Origin: an uncultured Acidobacteriota bacterium
Lineage (GTDB): Bacteria; Acidobacteriota; Vicinamibacteria; Vicinamibacterales; 2-12-FULL-66-21
Direction: 5' to 3'
NCBI GenBank assembly: GCA_963810305.1
Contig: CAWEMY010000003.1
Location: 24,528 to 88,527, forward strand
DNA: 64,000 nucleotides
Both the position numbers and the translations under genes were made by a program. The notes under the pieces were generated by a model. The model saw only the letters and a list, made by a program, of their open reading frames with translations. It was not told where the DNA came from and searched no databases. Below, piece after piece: positions 31,934 to 42,692 of the stretch (the stretch's first letter is position 1; the number at the start of each line of letters is the position of its first letter).

Positions 31934-32077
31934 CTGAGCGCCGCCCGGTGCGGCGCCGTCCAACAGCAGCGCCAGCAACGAGGCGCCGGCTCGCCAGCGG
32001 TCCCTGCAACGCGAGACCCTACCCGGACGTATTCAGACCAGGCGGCCACACCGATCCACGACTACTGAGTCAGGGCT

Positions 32078-33610
32078 ATGGACCACCGTGTTCTCCGGAA
32101 TTCCGAATTGCGTTATCGCCGGCTGTTCGAAGCGGCGCGGGACGGCATCCTCATCCTCAACGCCGAAACGGGAAAAATCGTGGAGGCCAACCCCTTCATG
32201 ACCGAGCTGCTCGGATACTCCCATGACCAGCTTCTGGGCAAGGAGCTGTGGGAAATCGGCGTCTTCAGAGACATCGAGAGCAGCAAGGCCGCCTTCCGCC
32301 AACTGCAGCAGAACGGCGCCACCAGGTATGAAGACCTGCCCCTGCAGGACATCGATGGAGCCGTGCGGGAAGTGGAGTTCGTCAGCAACCTCTACGAAGA
32401 GGACGGGCGGGATGTGATCCAGTGCAACATCCGCGACATTACGGACCGCAAGCGACTCGAACGCCAGTTCGAGGACCATTCGAAGAGAATCGCGGAGGCG
32501 GATCATCTCAAGAGCGAATTCTTCGCCATTCTGTCGCACGAGTTGCGCACCCCCCTGACGGCGATTCGCTACGCGCTTCCGCACATTCAGAAGGCACCGC
32601 TCGACCCGTCAGCAAAGAGAGCCCTCGCTGTCATCGGGCGGCAGTTGACGCAACTCGTGCGTCTTCTCGATGACCTGCTTGACGTGACGCAGGTCGAGAG
32701 CGGGAAAATTGCGCTGAAGACGGAGCCGGCAACGCTCGACTCGATCGTCGAAACCGCCGTCGAGTCCGTGTCGCCAGTCATCACCGCCGCGCGGCACGCG
32801 TTCGAGGTGGTGATGCCTCCTGAGCCGCTCCTGCTGGAAGTGGATTCTGCCCGGATATCGCAGGTAATCAGCAACTTGTTGATGAACGCGGCCAAGTACA
32901 CGCCGCGGGGCGGCAAGATCAGACTGGAAGTAGGCAGAGACAAGTCGGAGGCTGTCATCCGCGTCATCGACAGTGGCATGGGCATCCCGGAGGAGCAGTT
33001 GCCCAGGCTGTTCGAGATGTTCATGCAAATCAACCCTCCTGAGAAGTCCCACGGCGGGCTGGGTGTCGGGTTGTCGATCGCCAAACGCCTGGTGCAGTTG
33101 CACGGCGGCTCCATAGAAGCGCACTCGGGAGGGCCGGCACGAGGGGCGGAGTTTGTCGTTCGGCTGCCGCTGGCCGATTCACCGTCAACCAACCGGACGC
33201 AGCAGGCGCAGCCGGCGGATACTCGAGCGGCTCGCCGGCTGAGAGTTCTCGTTGCCGACGACAACTACGACCTGGTGCAAATGCTTCAACTGGCGGTTGA
33301 GACGATGGGCCACGATGTTCGCAAAGCACTCGACGGGCAAACCGCCATTTCGGCGGCCCTGTCATACAAGCCCGATGTCATCCTCCTCGATCTTGCCCTG
33401 CCGGTCGTCAGTGGTCTGGAGGTAGCACGTGAGCTGCGACGGCATCCCGAGTTGGCCAACACCCGTCTGGTCGCCCTGACCGGCCGGGGCCAGGCAATAG
33501 ACCGTCGACACACCTCAGAGATCGGCTTTGACTACCATCTCACCAAGCCAACCGATCCGGAGGAGTTGGAAAGAGTGCTGGCGAGCCTGGCGGCGGAACG
33601 CGCGTCGTAA
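32078..33610 (+). CDS. Hybrid sensor histidine kinase (PAS - HisKA - HATPase - receiver)
   Basis: The PAS region is 'YRRLFEAARDGILILNAETGKIVEANPFMTELLGY'. The H-box is 'FFAILSHELRTPLTAI'. The ATPase part has 'DSGMGIPEEQLPRLFEMF' and 'GLGVGLSIAKRLVQLHGG'. The receiver is 'RVLVADDNYDLVQML...PDVILLDLALP'. Confidence 0.9.
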   Translation: MDHRVLRNSELRYRRLFEAARDGILILNAETGKIVEANPFMTELLGYSHDQLLGKELWEIGVFRDIESSKAAFRQLQQNGATRYEDLPLQDIDGAVREVEFVSNLYEEDGRDVIQCNIRDITDRKRLERQFEDHSKRIAEADHLKSEFFAILSHELRTPLTAIRYALPHIQKAPLDPSAKRALAVIGRQLTQLVRLLDDLLDVTQVESGKIALKTEPATLDSIVETAVESVSPVITAARHAFEVVMPPEPLLLEVDSARISQVISNLLMNAAKYTPRGGKIRLEVGRDKSEAVIRVIDSGMGIPEEQLPRLFEMFMQINPPEKSHGGLGVGLSIAKRLVQLHGGSIEAHSGGPARGAEFVVRLPLADSPSTNRTQQAQPADTRAARRLRVLVADDNYDLVQMLQLAVETMGHDVRKALDGQTAISAALSYKPDVILLDLALPVVSGLEVARELRRHPELANTRLVALTGRGQAIDRRHTSEIGFDYHLTKPTDPEELERVLASLAAERAS

Positions 33611-33642
33611 AGGATCCGCCGGGCGTAGGATAGGCATCCCGT

Positions 33643-36354
33643 ATGCCTCTGTCACCCGGGACCAGGCTCGGCCCATACGAAATCGTTGCCTTTCTTGGCG
33701 CGGGGGGCATGGGCGAGGTTTACCGCGCGCAGGACGTTCGCCTCAATCGCCATGTCGCCATCAAGATCCTCGCGCCGGCGCTGCACGCGACCGCAACGCT
33801 GCGCGACCGCTTCGAGCGTGAGGCAAAAGCCATCGCCGCGCTCGCGCATCCACACATCTGCACGCTCCACGACGTTGGCAGTCAGGAGGGTATCGACTTC
33901 CTCGTCATGGAGCATCTCCAGGGGGAGACCCTCGCCGCGCGGCTGGCCCAGCGTCCAGTGCGGCCGCGGTCGACGCCCTCAGGCTCGGCAAGTGCCAGCA
34001 AGAACGCCGCGGGAACAGCGGGGAAGCCGTCACACAGCGCCTCTCGATTCGAGCCCTTGCCTGTCGAGGAGACGCTTCAGATCGCCACCGAGCTCGCTGA
34101 CGCCCTGACCGCCGCGCATCGTGCCGGGGTCGTCCATCGCGATCTGAAGCCCGGCAACCTGATGCTCACGAAGCGCGGCGTCGTCGTGCTCGACTTCGGC
34201 CTTGCCAAGCTCGCCTCGGGTCATGTTGCGACCGCTGACATCGAGACGATCAGCGACGCGCGGCCGTTGACCGGCGCCGGAGCTGTCCTCGGGACGCTGC
34301 CGTACATGGCGCCTGAACAACTCGAAGGTCGTGACACCGACGCGCGCACCGACATCTTCGCGTTCGGCGCCATTCTTTTCGAGATGCTCAGCGGACGCCG
34401 CGCCTTTTCAGGCGACTCACAAGCGAGCTTGATCGCGGCGATCATCGAGCGCGAACCGGCGTCCCTCACTGTGCTGTCACCCGGCACGCCGGCCTCGCTC
34501 GATCGACTCGTTCGAAAATGCCTGGCCAAAGACCCCGATGCGCGCTGGCAGAGTGCGAGCGACATCGCCGACGAACTTCGCTGGATCGCATCAGGTTCCG
34601 GCGTGACGGCCAGGGTCACCGCTGCCGCTCCGATGCGCCGCACGCGCAAGTGGTGGATGGTGGCCGGAGGTATCACCGCGCTGCTGGTGGGCACCGCCGC
34701 GGTGTCGCTCTGGAAGACGCCCGGGAAGACACCAGCAACGGCGATAACCCACCGGCAGATCACCTACTCCGGAGAAATCGTGATGGCTGCGATGGCGCCC
34801 GACGGCAAGATGATCGCGTACGTCACCGGTGACGATCGTGAGGGGATGCAAGTATTCGTACGCGACCTGGCGGAAGGCCAGGCCGTGGAAATTCTGCGCC
34901 GACGGCTGGTAACCGATCTGGTGTGGATGCCGGATGGCTCTCGAGTGATCGTGGCCGGCTTCGACAAAGATGATCGAGGGGCCTGGTCCGTCCCGAGACT
35001 TGGCGGCGACGCGCAGCGGCTGCGAGCCGAGGCAAAATTCGACGCGGCCTACGTGACGGTCGCACCCGACGGGTCGGCAGTAGCGCTCACCAGCATGGAT
35101 CGACCAGGTTTCCAAGTGGTCACGCTCGACGGCCTGCGGCAGGCACCGGTCCGGCTGGAAGGGTTTCAGTGGCTGAATGGCATCGACTGGACACCCGAGA
35201 ATCGAATCGCACTGTTGACGGTGGATGCGAATGGCCAGTCGATCGTCTGGACGGTCTCGCCGTCAGGCCAGGACTTCCGTCGCCTCCATGCCAGTGGGGA
35301 ACCGCTCGAGGGGCTCTGCTCCTCGCCTGACGGCCGGACTCTTTACACGTTCCGGCATCGCAACGATGCCGCGGAACTCATTCGACTGCGCACGGATACG
35401 GGCAATGACGTCCGGGCGGAAGTCGTGCTCAGCGGGGTTCCGGTGGCGCGTTCCGCGAACGCACGTCTCGACTGCAATGCCTCTCGTGACGGGGAGAGGT
35501 TGTTGTATTCCCGAGGATCGGCACACGCGAACCTGTGGAGCGCGGCGATCGACAAAGGAGTCGCAACGCCGAGCCCGATCACACGCGGCACATCGCTGCT
35601 CGGGCACCCGGCGATCTCACCTGATGGAGGATGGATCGCCGCCGTGGTTGGCACGGACGCAAACGCGCAGATCGTTCGTCTGCCGATTACCGGCGGAGAA
35701 CCCGTCCGGCTGCGGCCTGGCGGCCCACCCGCCTGGTCGCCGGACGGCACGCAGCTGGCGTTCGTCGCTTCCGACGGAGGAACGGACCGCGTTTGGGTGA
35801 GCGATCCTGATGGCCAGGGCGCCACACAGGTCATGGGAGCCGTTCCCTCCAACCCGTTTCTTATCTGGCTCCCGGATGGCCGACTCGCATGGTCCAAACC
35901 TGATGCGACCGACTTCAGGATTCGCTCGGTGAGCGACAGTTCCCGCCCGGAAGAAGGGCTCCAGACCGACAAGCCGGTCGGATGGATAATCGATGCCCGT
36001 TTCTCGCCGAAGGGAGATCAGGTCGCGGTTTACTGGAATCGCGACAAACACGTGGCGCTGTGGGTGATGGCCTGGCCCGGGCGCACGGCGCGCGAGCTGG
36101 CGCGGGACCTCTGGCCGATTGCGTGGTCAGCCGACGGCGAATGGATCTATGCGCACGACGAGAAGCGCGAGGTATTGCGCGTGTCGGCAGCCACCGGCAG
36201 ATCCGAGCTCGTCGCCCGCTTCCCGACCGGAAGCCTCGAGTTTGGCTGTGACATCACGCCCGATCGGAAGACGCTGATCTGCGCCGTCCAGGAACAACAG
36301 TCCGACGCGTGGCTCGCCGAGCACTTCGATCCCACTAACAATCGCGCGCGGTGA
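33643..36354 (+). CDS. Ser/Thr protein kinase fused to TM helix and TolB/PD40 beta-propeller
   Basis: Kinase motifs are 'LGPYEIVAFLGAGGMGEVYRA', 'VVHRDLKPGNLML', 'DFGLAK' and 'GTLPYMAPEQ'. The TM helix is 'WWMVAGGITALLVGTAAVSLW'. Repeated 'APDG/SPDG' blades follow. Confidence 0.9.
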   Translation: MPLSPGTRLGPYEIVAFLGAGGMGEVYRAQDVRLNRHVAIKILAPALHATATLRDRFEREAKAIAALAHPHICTLHDVGSQEGIDFLVMEHLQGETLAARLAQRPVRPRSTPSGSASASKNAAGTAGKPSHSASRFEPLPVEETLQIATELADALTAAHRAGVVHRDLKPGNLMLTKRGVVVLDFGLAKLASGHVATADIETISDARPLTGAGAVLGTLPYMAPEQLEGRDTDARTDIFAFGAILFEMLSGRRAFSGDSQASLIAAIIEREPASLTVLSPGTPASLDRLVRKCLAKDPDARWQSASDIADELRWIASGSGVTARVTAAAPMRRTRKWWMVAGGITALLVGTAAVSLWKTPGKTPATAITHRQITYSGEIVMAAMAPDGKMIAYVTGDDREGMQVFVRDLAEGQAVEILRRRLVTDLVWMPDGSRVIVAGFDKDDRGAWSVPRLGGDAQRLRAEAKFDAAYVTVAPDGSAVALTSMDRPGFQVVTLDGLRQAPVRLEGFQWLNGIDWTPENRIALLTVDANGQSIVWTVSPSGQDFRRLHASGEPLEGLCSSPDGRTLYTFRHRNDAAELIRLRTDTGNDVRAEVVLSGVPVARSANARLDCNASRDGERLLYSRGSAHANLWSAAIDKGVATPSPITRGTSLLGHPAISPDGGWIAAVVGTDANAQIVRLPITGGEPVRLRPGGPPAWSPDGTQLAFVASDGGTDRVWVSDPDGQGATQVMGAVPSNPFLIWLPDGRLAWSKPDATDFRIRSVSDSSRPEEGLQTDKPVGWIIDARFSPKGDQVAVYWNRDKHVALWVMAWPGRTARELARDLWPIAWSADGEWIYAHDEKREVLRVSAATGRSELVARFPTGSLEFGCDITPDRKTLICAVQEQQSDAWLAEHFDPTNNRAR

Positions 36355-36357
36355 AAG

Positions 36358-38566
36358 CTATTTCCCCTCCCCAATGCCGTAGACGTGACCGAGCGTGCGG
36401 ACGATGATCAGCCCGTCGGAGATTGCCGGCGTGCTCATGATCACTTCCTTCATCGAGTTCTTCGCCAGCTGCTCGTACTTCCGGCCGGCGCGGACGACGA
36501 AGACGTCCCCATCTTCGTTGGCGAAATACAGTTTGCCGTCGGCGGCAATCGGCGAGGCGGAGAACGAGCCGCCGGCGCCGACCCGCGCGCGGAGGATCCG
36601 CTCGCCGGTCTTGCCGTCGTAGCCACTCAGCACGCCGTCGTTGCCACACGTGTAGAGAACGCCGTCGTAGTAGATCGGAGTGGGGATGTAGGTGCCCGAC
36701 GTGTTGCTCCACGCGACCGCGTCGCTCGACGTCTTGTCCTTGGGCAGCGAAATGTCACCAGCCGCGGTCGGCCGGACGGCATAGATTGGCCGCACCGGAG
36801 GATAGCCGCCGGTGATGTAGATCAGTCCGTCTCCGACGACCGGCGTACCGACCGTGACTTCGGAGTTGGGCCCGAGCTTCCATAGCAGCTTGCCGGTTTC
36901 AGGATCGTAGGCGCGTACCGGTCGGTCCGTTCGTGACGATCTGCTTCCCGTCGAAGACCGTCGGAGTGCCCCACGACGAGATCTCCTCCCGGTCCGTCTT
37001 CCACACCTGCTTGCCGGTCTTCACGTCGTAGGCGGCGATGAACGAATTCTTGTAGACGTCCGCCTGCACGATCACCTTGCCGGCATGAATGATCGGCGAG
37101 CTCGAATGTCCCCACTGATACGTGGGATCGAAGAACCAGCCGCTGTCGAGGACGCCGACGTCGGTCTTCCACAGCGGCTTCCCGTTCATGTCCCACGCCG
37201 CGAGCATGCCGATCGATCCGAACATCGCAACCACGCGAGTGCCGTCGGTCACCGGAGTGGAGTTGGCCTGGGTGGACTTGGTGTGGCGCTTCACCTTCGG
37301 TACTCCGACGTGCGCCACGTTCTCCCACAGAATCTTGCCGGTCGCCTTATCGAGGCAGTAGATCTTCCAGGTGTGCTCCGAAAGGTCTTCGACCGGCGCG
37401 ACATCGCCGTAGAGTCCGGTCCGGAATGTCTTGTCCCCTTTGCTGCTGATCGCGGTGACAGCAAAGACCTTGTCTCCCCAGACGATCGGGCTGGCGGTAG
37501 TAAAGCCGGGGATCGGCGTCTTCCAGCGGACGTTCTTTCCGTCCTCCACGTTCCACTCGGTCACCGCGCCCTGGCCATCGCCGTTACCGGAGGCGTTATT
37601 GCCACGGAATCCTGGCCAGGGGCGCGGCGCTGTCCGCGCCGCGGCCGGGGGAGCTGACGCAGAGGGTGCGGAGGGAGCTGACGCTGAGGGTGCGGAGGGG
37701 ACTGACGCTGAGGGTGCGCCGGGTGCGGGGGGTGCGCCGGGGGCGGCGTCGGTCACCCGCGTGTACGACTGCGCCGAGCCGTTCCCCTGCGTCACGGTCA
37801 GACGCTCGATCGTTCCGCCGCGCCCCGCGAAGGCGAACGTGACGCCTGGCGCTTCTGCGATCGTGAATGCCGTCTCGGACGTCGGGAGCAGCCCAAACGC
37901 CTGCGGCGCCCCCTGCGGCTGAATGAGCAACTGATCACCCTTGAGCGTCACCACCATCGTGGCGTTGTCGTTGCGGTAGGTCGCCACGTACGACTTGAGC
38001 ACGTCCGGGGAGATGGTTACGGCCGGGGCCACCGCCTCCGCCGGCATGCTCGCGATCTTCTTTTCGATCAGGGGAAGGATCTCGGGGTTCGGCTCACGTT
38101 TGGCGACCGCGAGGGCGGCGCGCAGGTTGGCGGCAGTGAGCCCTTTGGCTTCGAGGGCCGCAGTGACCAGCGGCACGTTCTTGCGCTGGACACCCATCAC
38201 GAGCGCGTCCCCCGCGCCTTCGGACCCGCGCTCGAGCAGCAGAGCGGCGGCAGGCGTGTGGTTGTTCATCAGCGCCATCATCAACGGGCGGAATTTGTAG
38301 AAGCTGTCGAGCGCGTTGACCTCTGCGCCACGGTCGATCAGGAGCTTGATGACCTCCACGTGCCCCTTGTCGGCGGCGAAGAACAATGCCGTGGCCTTGT
38401 AGCGGTTCCCGGAGTTGATCTCGGCGCCGCTGTCGAGCGCCTTGGTGACGCGGGCGACATCGCCGGCGCGTGCGGCGTTCCACAACTCCTCGTTGAGGGC
38501 GGTCTTGTCGGTGGCTTGCGGCGTTTGGGCCAGGATCAAGGCAAGAAAGGCGGCTGAAATCATCAT
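36358..38566 (-). CDS. Secreted ankyrin-repeat + PQQ-like beta-propeller protein, one frame break near 36925
   Basis: The N-terminus has a signal and ankyrin repeats ('[24 protein letters not shown]', '[25 protein letters not shown]'). An 'SAPSASAP' tandem linker follows. PQQ/BamB-like blades are '[13 protein letters not shown]' and '[13 protein letters not shown]'. ORFs 36899..38566 and 36358..36795 join as '...QIVTNG' then '[20 protein letters not shown]...'. Confidence 0.75.
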
Positions 38567-38579
38567 GGTTCAGGGCTCC

Positions 38580-38605
38580 TGATCGCGGATAGGATAGCGC
38601 GATCA
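38580..38605. promoter_or_regulatory. Inverted repeat TGATCGCG-N10-CGCGATCA in a divergent intergenic region
   Basis: Read directly. It lies between the starts at 38566 (minus) and 38693 (plus). Any function is unproven. Confidence 0.3.
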
Positions 38606-38692
38606 TCCGCCTTCGCGCAGAGCGCTTCGGCGGGACAGGTCGGCTCATCGGCGAATGGAGCCGTCAGATCGGCTAACGGAGGTCAGCGCGCC

Positions 38693-40663
<1,971 letters not shown>

Positions 40664-40674
40664 GTGAACCGTGT

Positions 40675-40740
40675 CAACTTCTAACTTCTAACCTCTAACT
40701 ACTAAGATTTTAGAAGTTAGGCGTTAGGAGTTAGGCGTTA
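40675..40740. repeat. Inverted array of about ten 7-nt units (TAACTTC/TAACCTC/TAACTAC, then TTAGAAG/TTAGGCG/TTAGGAG) between convergent genes
   Basis: Read directly in a single 7-nt register. CTAAC cores on the left face GTTAG cores on the right. The TAA stop of the minus-strand gene (40738-40740) is the last unit. Confidence 0.85.
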
Positions 40741-41313
40741 TCTCTTCTTGAGTTCCGCAGCGATTTGCTGCATTGCCGCTTGCTCTTCGGCGGACACTGA
40801 ACCGATGCCGAAGAGGCCGCCGGAGGCGTGCGCGATCTCTTCGCAGTACTTGAGCAGGTCATCCGCGGTGATGTCGGCGTGCCCTTGCTCCGGGTGCTCG
40901 ACCATGGCGCCGATCAGGCGTCTCGCTTTCCGGAACGTTTCGGCGGACGGAGGGTGCTCGAGCCACGTCTTCAACTGATGATCCGCGACGGAACCGTCGG
41001 CAATGCCGCGCGTACGCGCAAGGTCGAGGATCGCCTTCCGCTCGGCGGCGCTGACCCCGGCCTGGGCCCACGCCACCTGAAGCAGCGGGATCAGCGGCAG
41101 GAGCGCGATCGTCTCGGGCGTGAACCCGAGCTCCTCCAAGTCGCGCAGCAGGTCGGGATCGTGAAGCCCGGTCTCGTCCTCGAGCGCTTTTCGCGCCTTA
41201 GCCGTTTCGGACGCAAGGCGCATTTTTTCGAGGAGCTCTCGGTCCTTCCGGCGGAAATATTCCTCTTCGCGCTTTCGAATGTCGTCGGTGATGCCGCGCT
41301 CGTCTTGTGACAC
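40738..41313 (-). CDS. Conserved hypothetical helical protein (possibly TerB-like; family not firmly recognised)
   Basis: I set the start to GTG at 41313, preceded by 'caggaggcaggc'. The sequence has a charged coiled N-terminus followed by 'LPLIPLLQVAWAQAGVSAAERKAILDLA'. Confidence 0.55.
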   Translation of the reverse strand: MSQDERGITDDIRKREEEYFRRKDRELLEKMRLASETAKARKALEDETGLHDPDLLRDLEELGFTPETIALLPLIPLLQVAWAQAGVSAAERKAILDLARTRGIADGSVADHQLKTWLEHPPSAETFRKARRLIGAMVEHPEQGHADITADDLLKYCEEIAHASGGLFGIGSVSAEEQAAMQQIAAELKKR

Positions 41314-41521
41314 GCCTGCCTCCTGCGGAGAATGCCATCCTAGCACTCCGGACCGATCCCTTGACATGCGCCGGCCCGCCGGCCTACTGTTGATCTCGTG
41401 ACGTTCGCGTTCGCGGCAACCTTCCGCTCGTTTAATCGGGGCTTTAATCGCCCCGGCGGGCGCAGTCTTGCCACGGCCGCATGCTGAAGTAGTTCAACAG
41501 AAGCAACGCCGCACAGACTCG

Positions 41522-41551
41522 AGCCCGCCAGGTCAAACTGGCGGGCTTTTT
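41522..41551 (+). terminator. Rho-independent terminator (plus-strand orientation)
   Basis: The stem is AGCCCGCCAG (41522-41531) paired with CTGGCGGGCT (38-47). The loop is GTCAAA, followed by TTTTTCATTT. The reverse orientation has no U-tract. Confidence 0.65.
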
Positions 41552-41562
41552 CATTTGGGCGG

Positions 41563-41604
41563 CATTCAGCATTGAGCATTGAGCATTGAGCATTGAGGAT
41601 TGAT
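41563..41604. repeat. CATTGAG heptanucleotide array (4 perfect + 2 degenerate units) just upstream of tRNA-Asn
   Basis: Perfect units are at 41570-41597. Degenerate units are CATTCAG (41563) and GATTGAT (41598). Confidence 0.9.
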
Positions 41605-41612
41605 CACTGTTT

Positions 41613-41689
41613 TGAGGGGTCGCCAAGCTGGTAAGGCACCTGACTGTTACTCAGGCCATGCGCAGGTTCGAATCCTGCCCCCTCAGCCA
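41613..41689 (+). tRNA. tRNA-Asn (anticodon GTT), CCA encoded
   Basis: Manual fold. Acceptor is TGAGGGG/CCCCTCA. D arm is GCC-AAGCTGGTAA-GGC. The anticodon arm is CCTGA-CTGTTAC-TCAGG, with GTT at positions 34-36. The T arm is GCAGG-TTCGAAT-CCTGC, followed by discriminator G and CCA. Confidence 0.9.
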
Positions 41690-41837
41690 GACTTCGCTCG
41701 CGCTTCGCGCGAGCTACGTCTAGGCAGGCAAGTCGTCGCCAGTTCCTTGCCTGCCTGCTCGCGAGTTACAACAGGCGAAGTCTGTCTCGCCGTAGCGCCG
41801 GCAGGCGCGAAGGCGGACATCACTAAGGATCAAGGTC

Positions 41838-42692
41838 ATGCGGATCGCGTTCCAGGGAGAGGCAGGGGCTTACAGCGAAGCGGCGGCGCTGCGGTTTGCG
41901 CCGGAGGCCACGGTGATGCCGTGCCGCAGCTTTGAAGACGTGTTCGCGGCGGTGGCCGAGGGACGCGCGACCCGAGGGATCCTGCCGATGGAGAACTCGA
42001 TCGGGGGAAGCATCCATCGGAACTACGACCTGCTCGTCGAGCACGAGCTGCCGATCGTCGGTGAAGTGGAGATCGCGGTGGACCACTGTCTTCTGGTCCG
42101 GCCGGGAACGCGCCTCGAGGATCTCGCGATCGTGTACTCGCACCCACAGGCGCTCGCGCAGTGCGAGCAGTATCTCGCCAGGATTTCCGGCGTCGAGATC
42201 GTCGCGGTGTACGACACCGCAGGCGGCGCGAAGATGGTGGCGGAAGGGGAGCGCGCTGATGCCGGCGCAGTGGCGTCGCTGCGCGCCGCGGAGGTCTTCG
42301 GTCTCGAGGTCGCCGCAGAGAAGATTCAGGACTACGAAGAGAACATTACCCGCTTCGTTCTGATCGGACGGACGCCTGCGGCAGCCGAGGAAGCCACCAA
42401 GACCTCGCTCGTCTTCGCGCTGCGGAGCACGCCGGGTGCGCTGCACAAGGCGCTCAGCGGCTTCGCGCTCCGCGACATCAACCTCACGAAGCTCGAGTCA
42501 CGCCCGATTCGCGGGCGGGCGTGGGAGTACATGTTCTACGTGGATATCGACGTCGCGCGGCAGTCACTCGAGTGCGGCCGCGCCATTACCCACCTGGGCG
42601 AATTCTCCCGCTGGGTGCGCGTTCTCGGCAGCTATCCCGCCTGGAGCGTTGACACGCGAAGCTCGCAGGAACGGCATCATCGCGCGGAGTGA
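41838..42692 (+). CDS. pheA: Prephenate dehydratase
   Basis: '[17 protein letters not shown]...[34 protein letters not shown]', 'TRFVLIG' and the ACT region '[35 protein letters not shown]' identify it. Confidence 0.95.
   Translation: MRIAFQGEAGAYSEAAALRFAPEATVMPCRSFEDVFAAVAEGRATRGILPMENSIGGSIHRNYDLLVEHELPIVGEVEIAVDHCLLVRPGTRLEDLAIVYSHPQALAQCEQYLARISGVEIVAVYDTAGGAKMVAEGERADAGAVASLRAAEVFGLEVAAEKIQDYEENITRFVLIGRTPAAAEEATKTSLVFALRSTPGALHKALSGFALRDINLTKLESRPIRGRAWEYMFYVDIDVARQSLECGRAITHLGEFSRWVRVLGSYPAWSVDTRSSQERHHRAE

Noticed and set aside
40703-40740. TTAGGCG/TTAGGAG repeats resembling eukaryotic telomere repeats (TTAGGG/TTAGGC)
   Set aside because: The array is internal, flanked by ordinary genes on both sides, and is one half of an inverted CTAAC/GTTAG array. 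The resemblance is coincidental.
41613-41837. tRNA-Asn as an integration site of a genomic island
   Set aside because: No integrase, no phage or mobility genes, and no second copy of the tRNA 3' end that I could spot. The downstream genes are core amino-acid biosynthesis.
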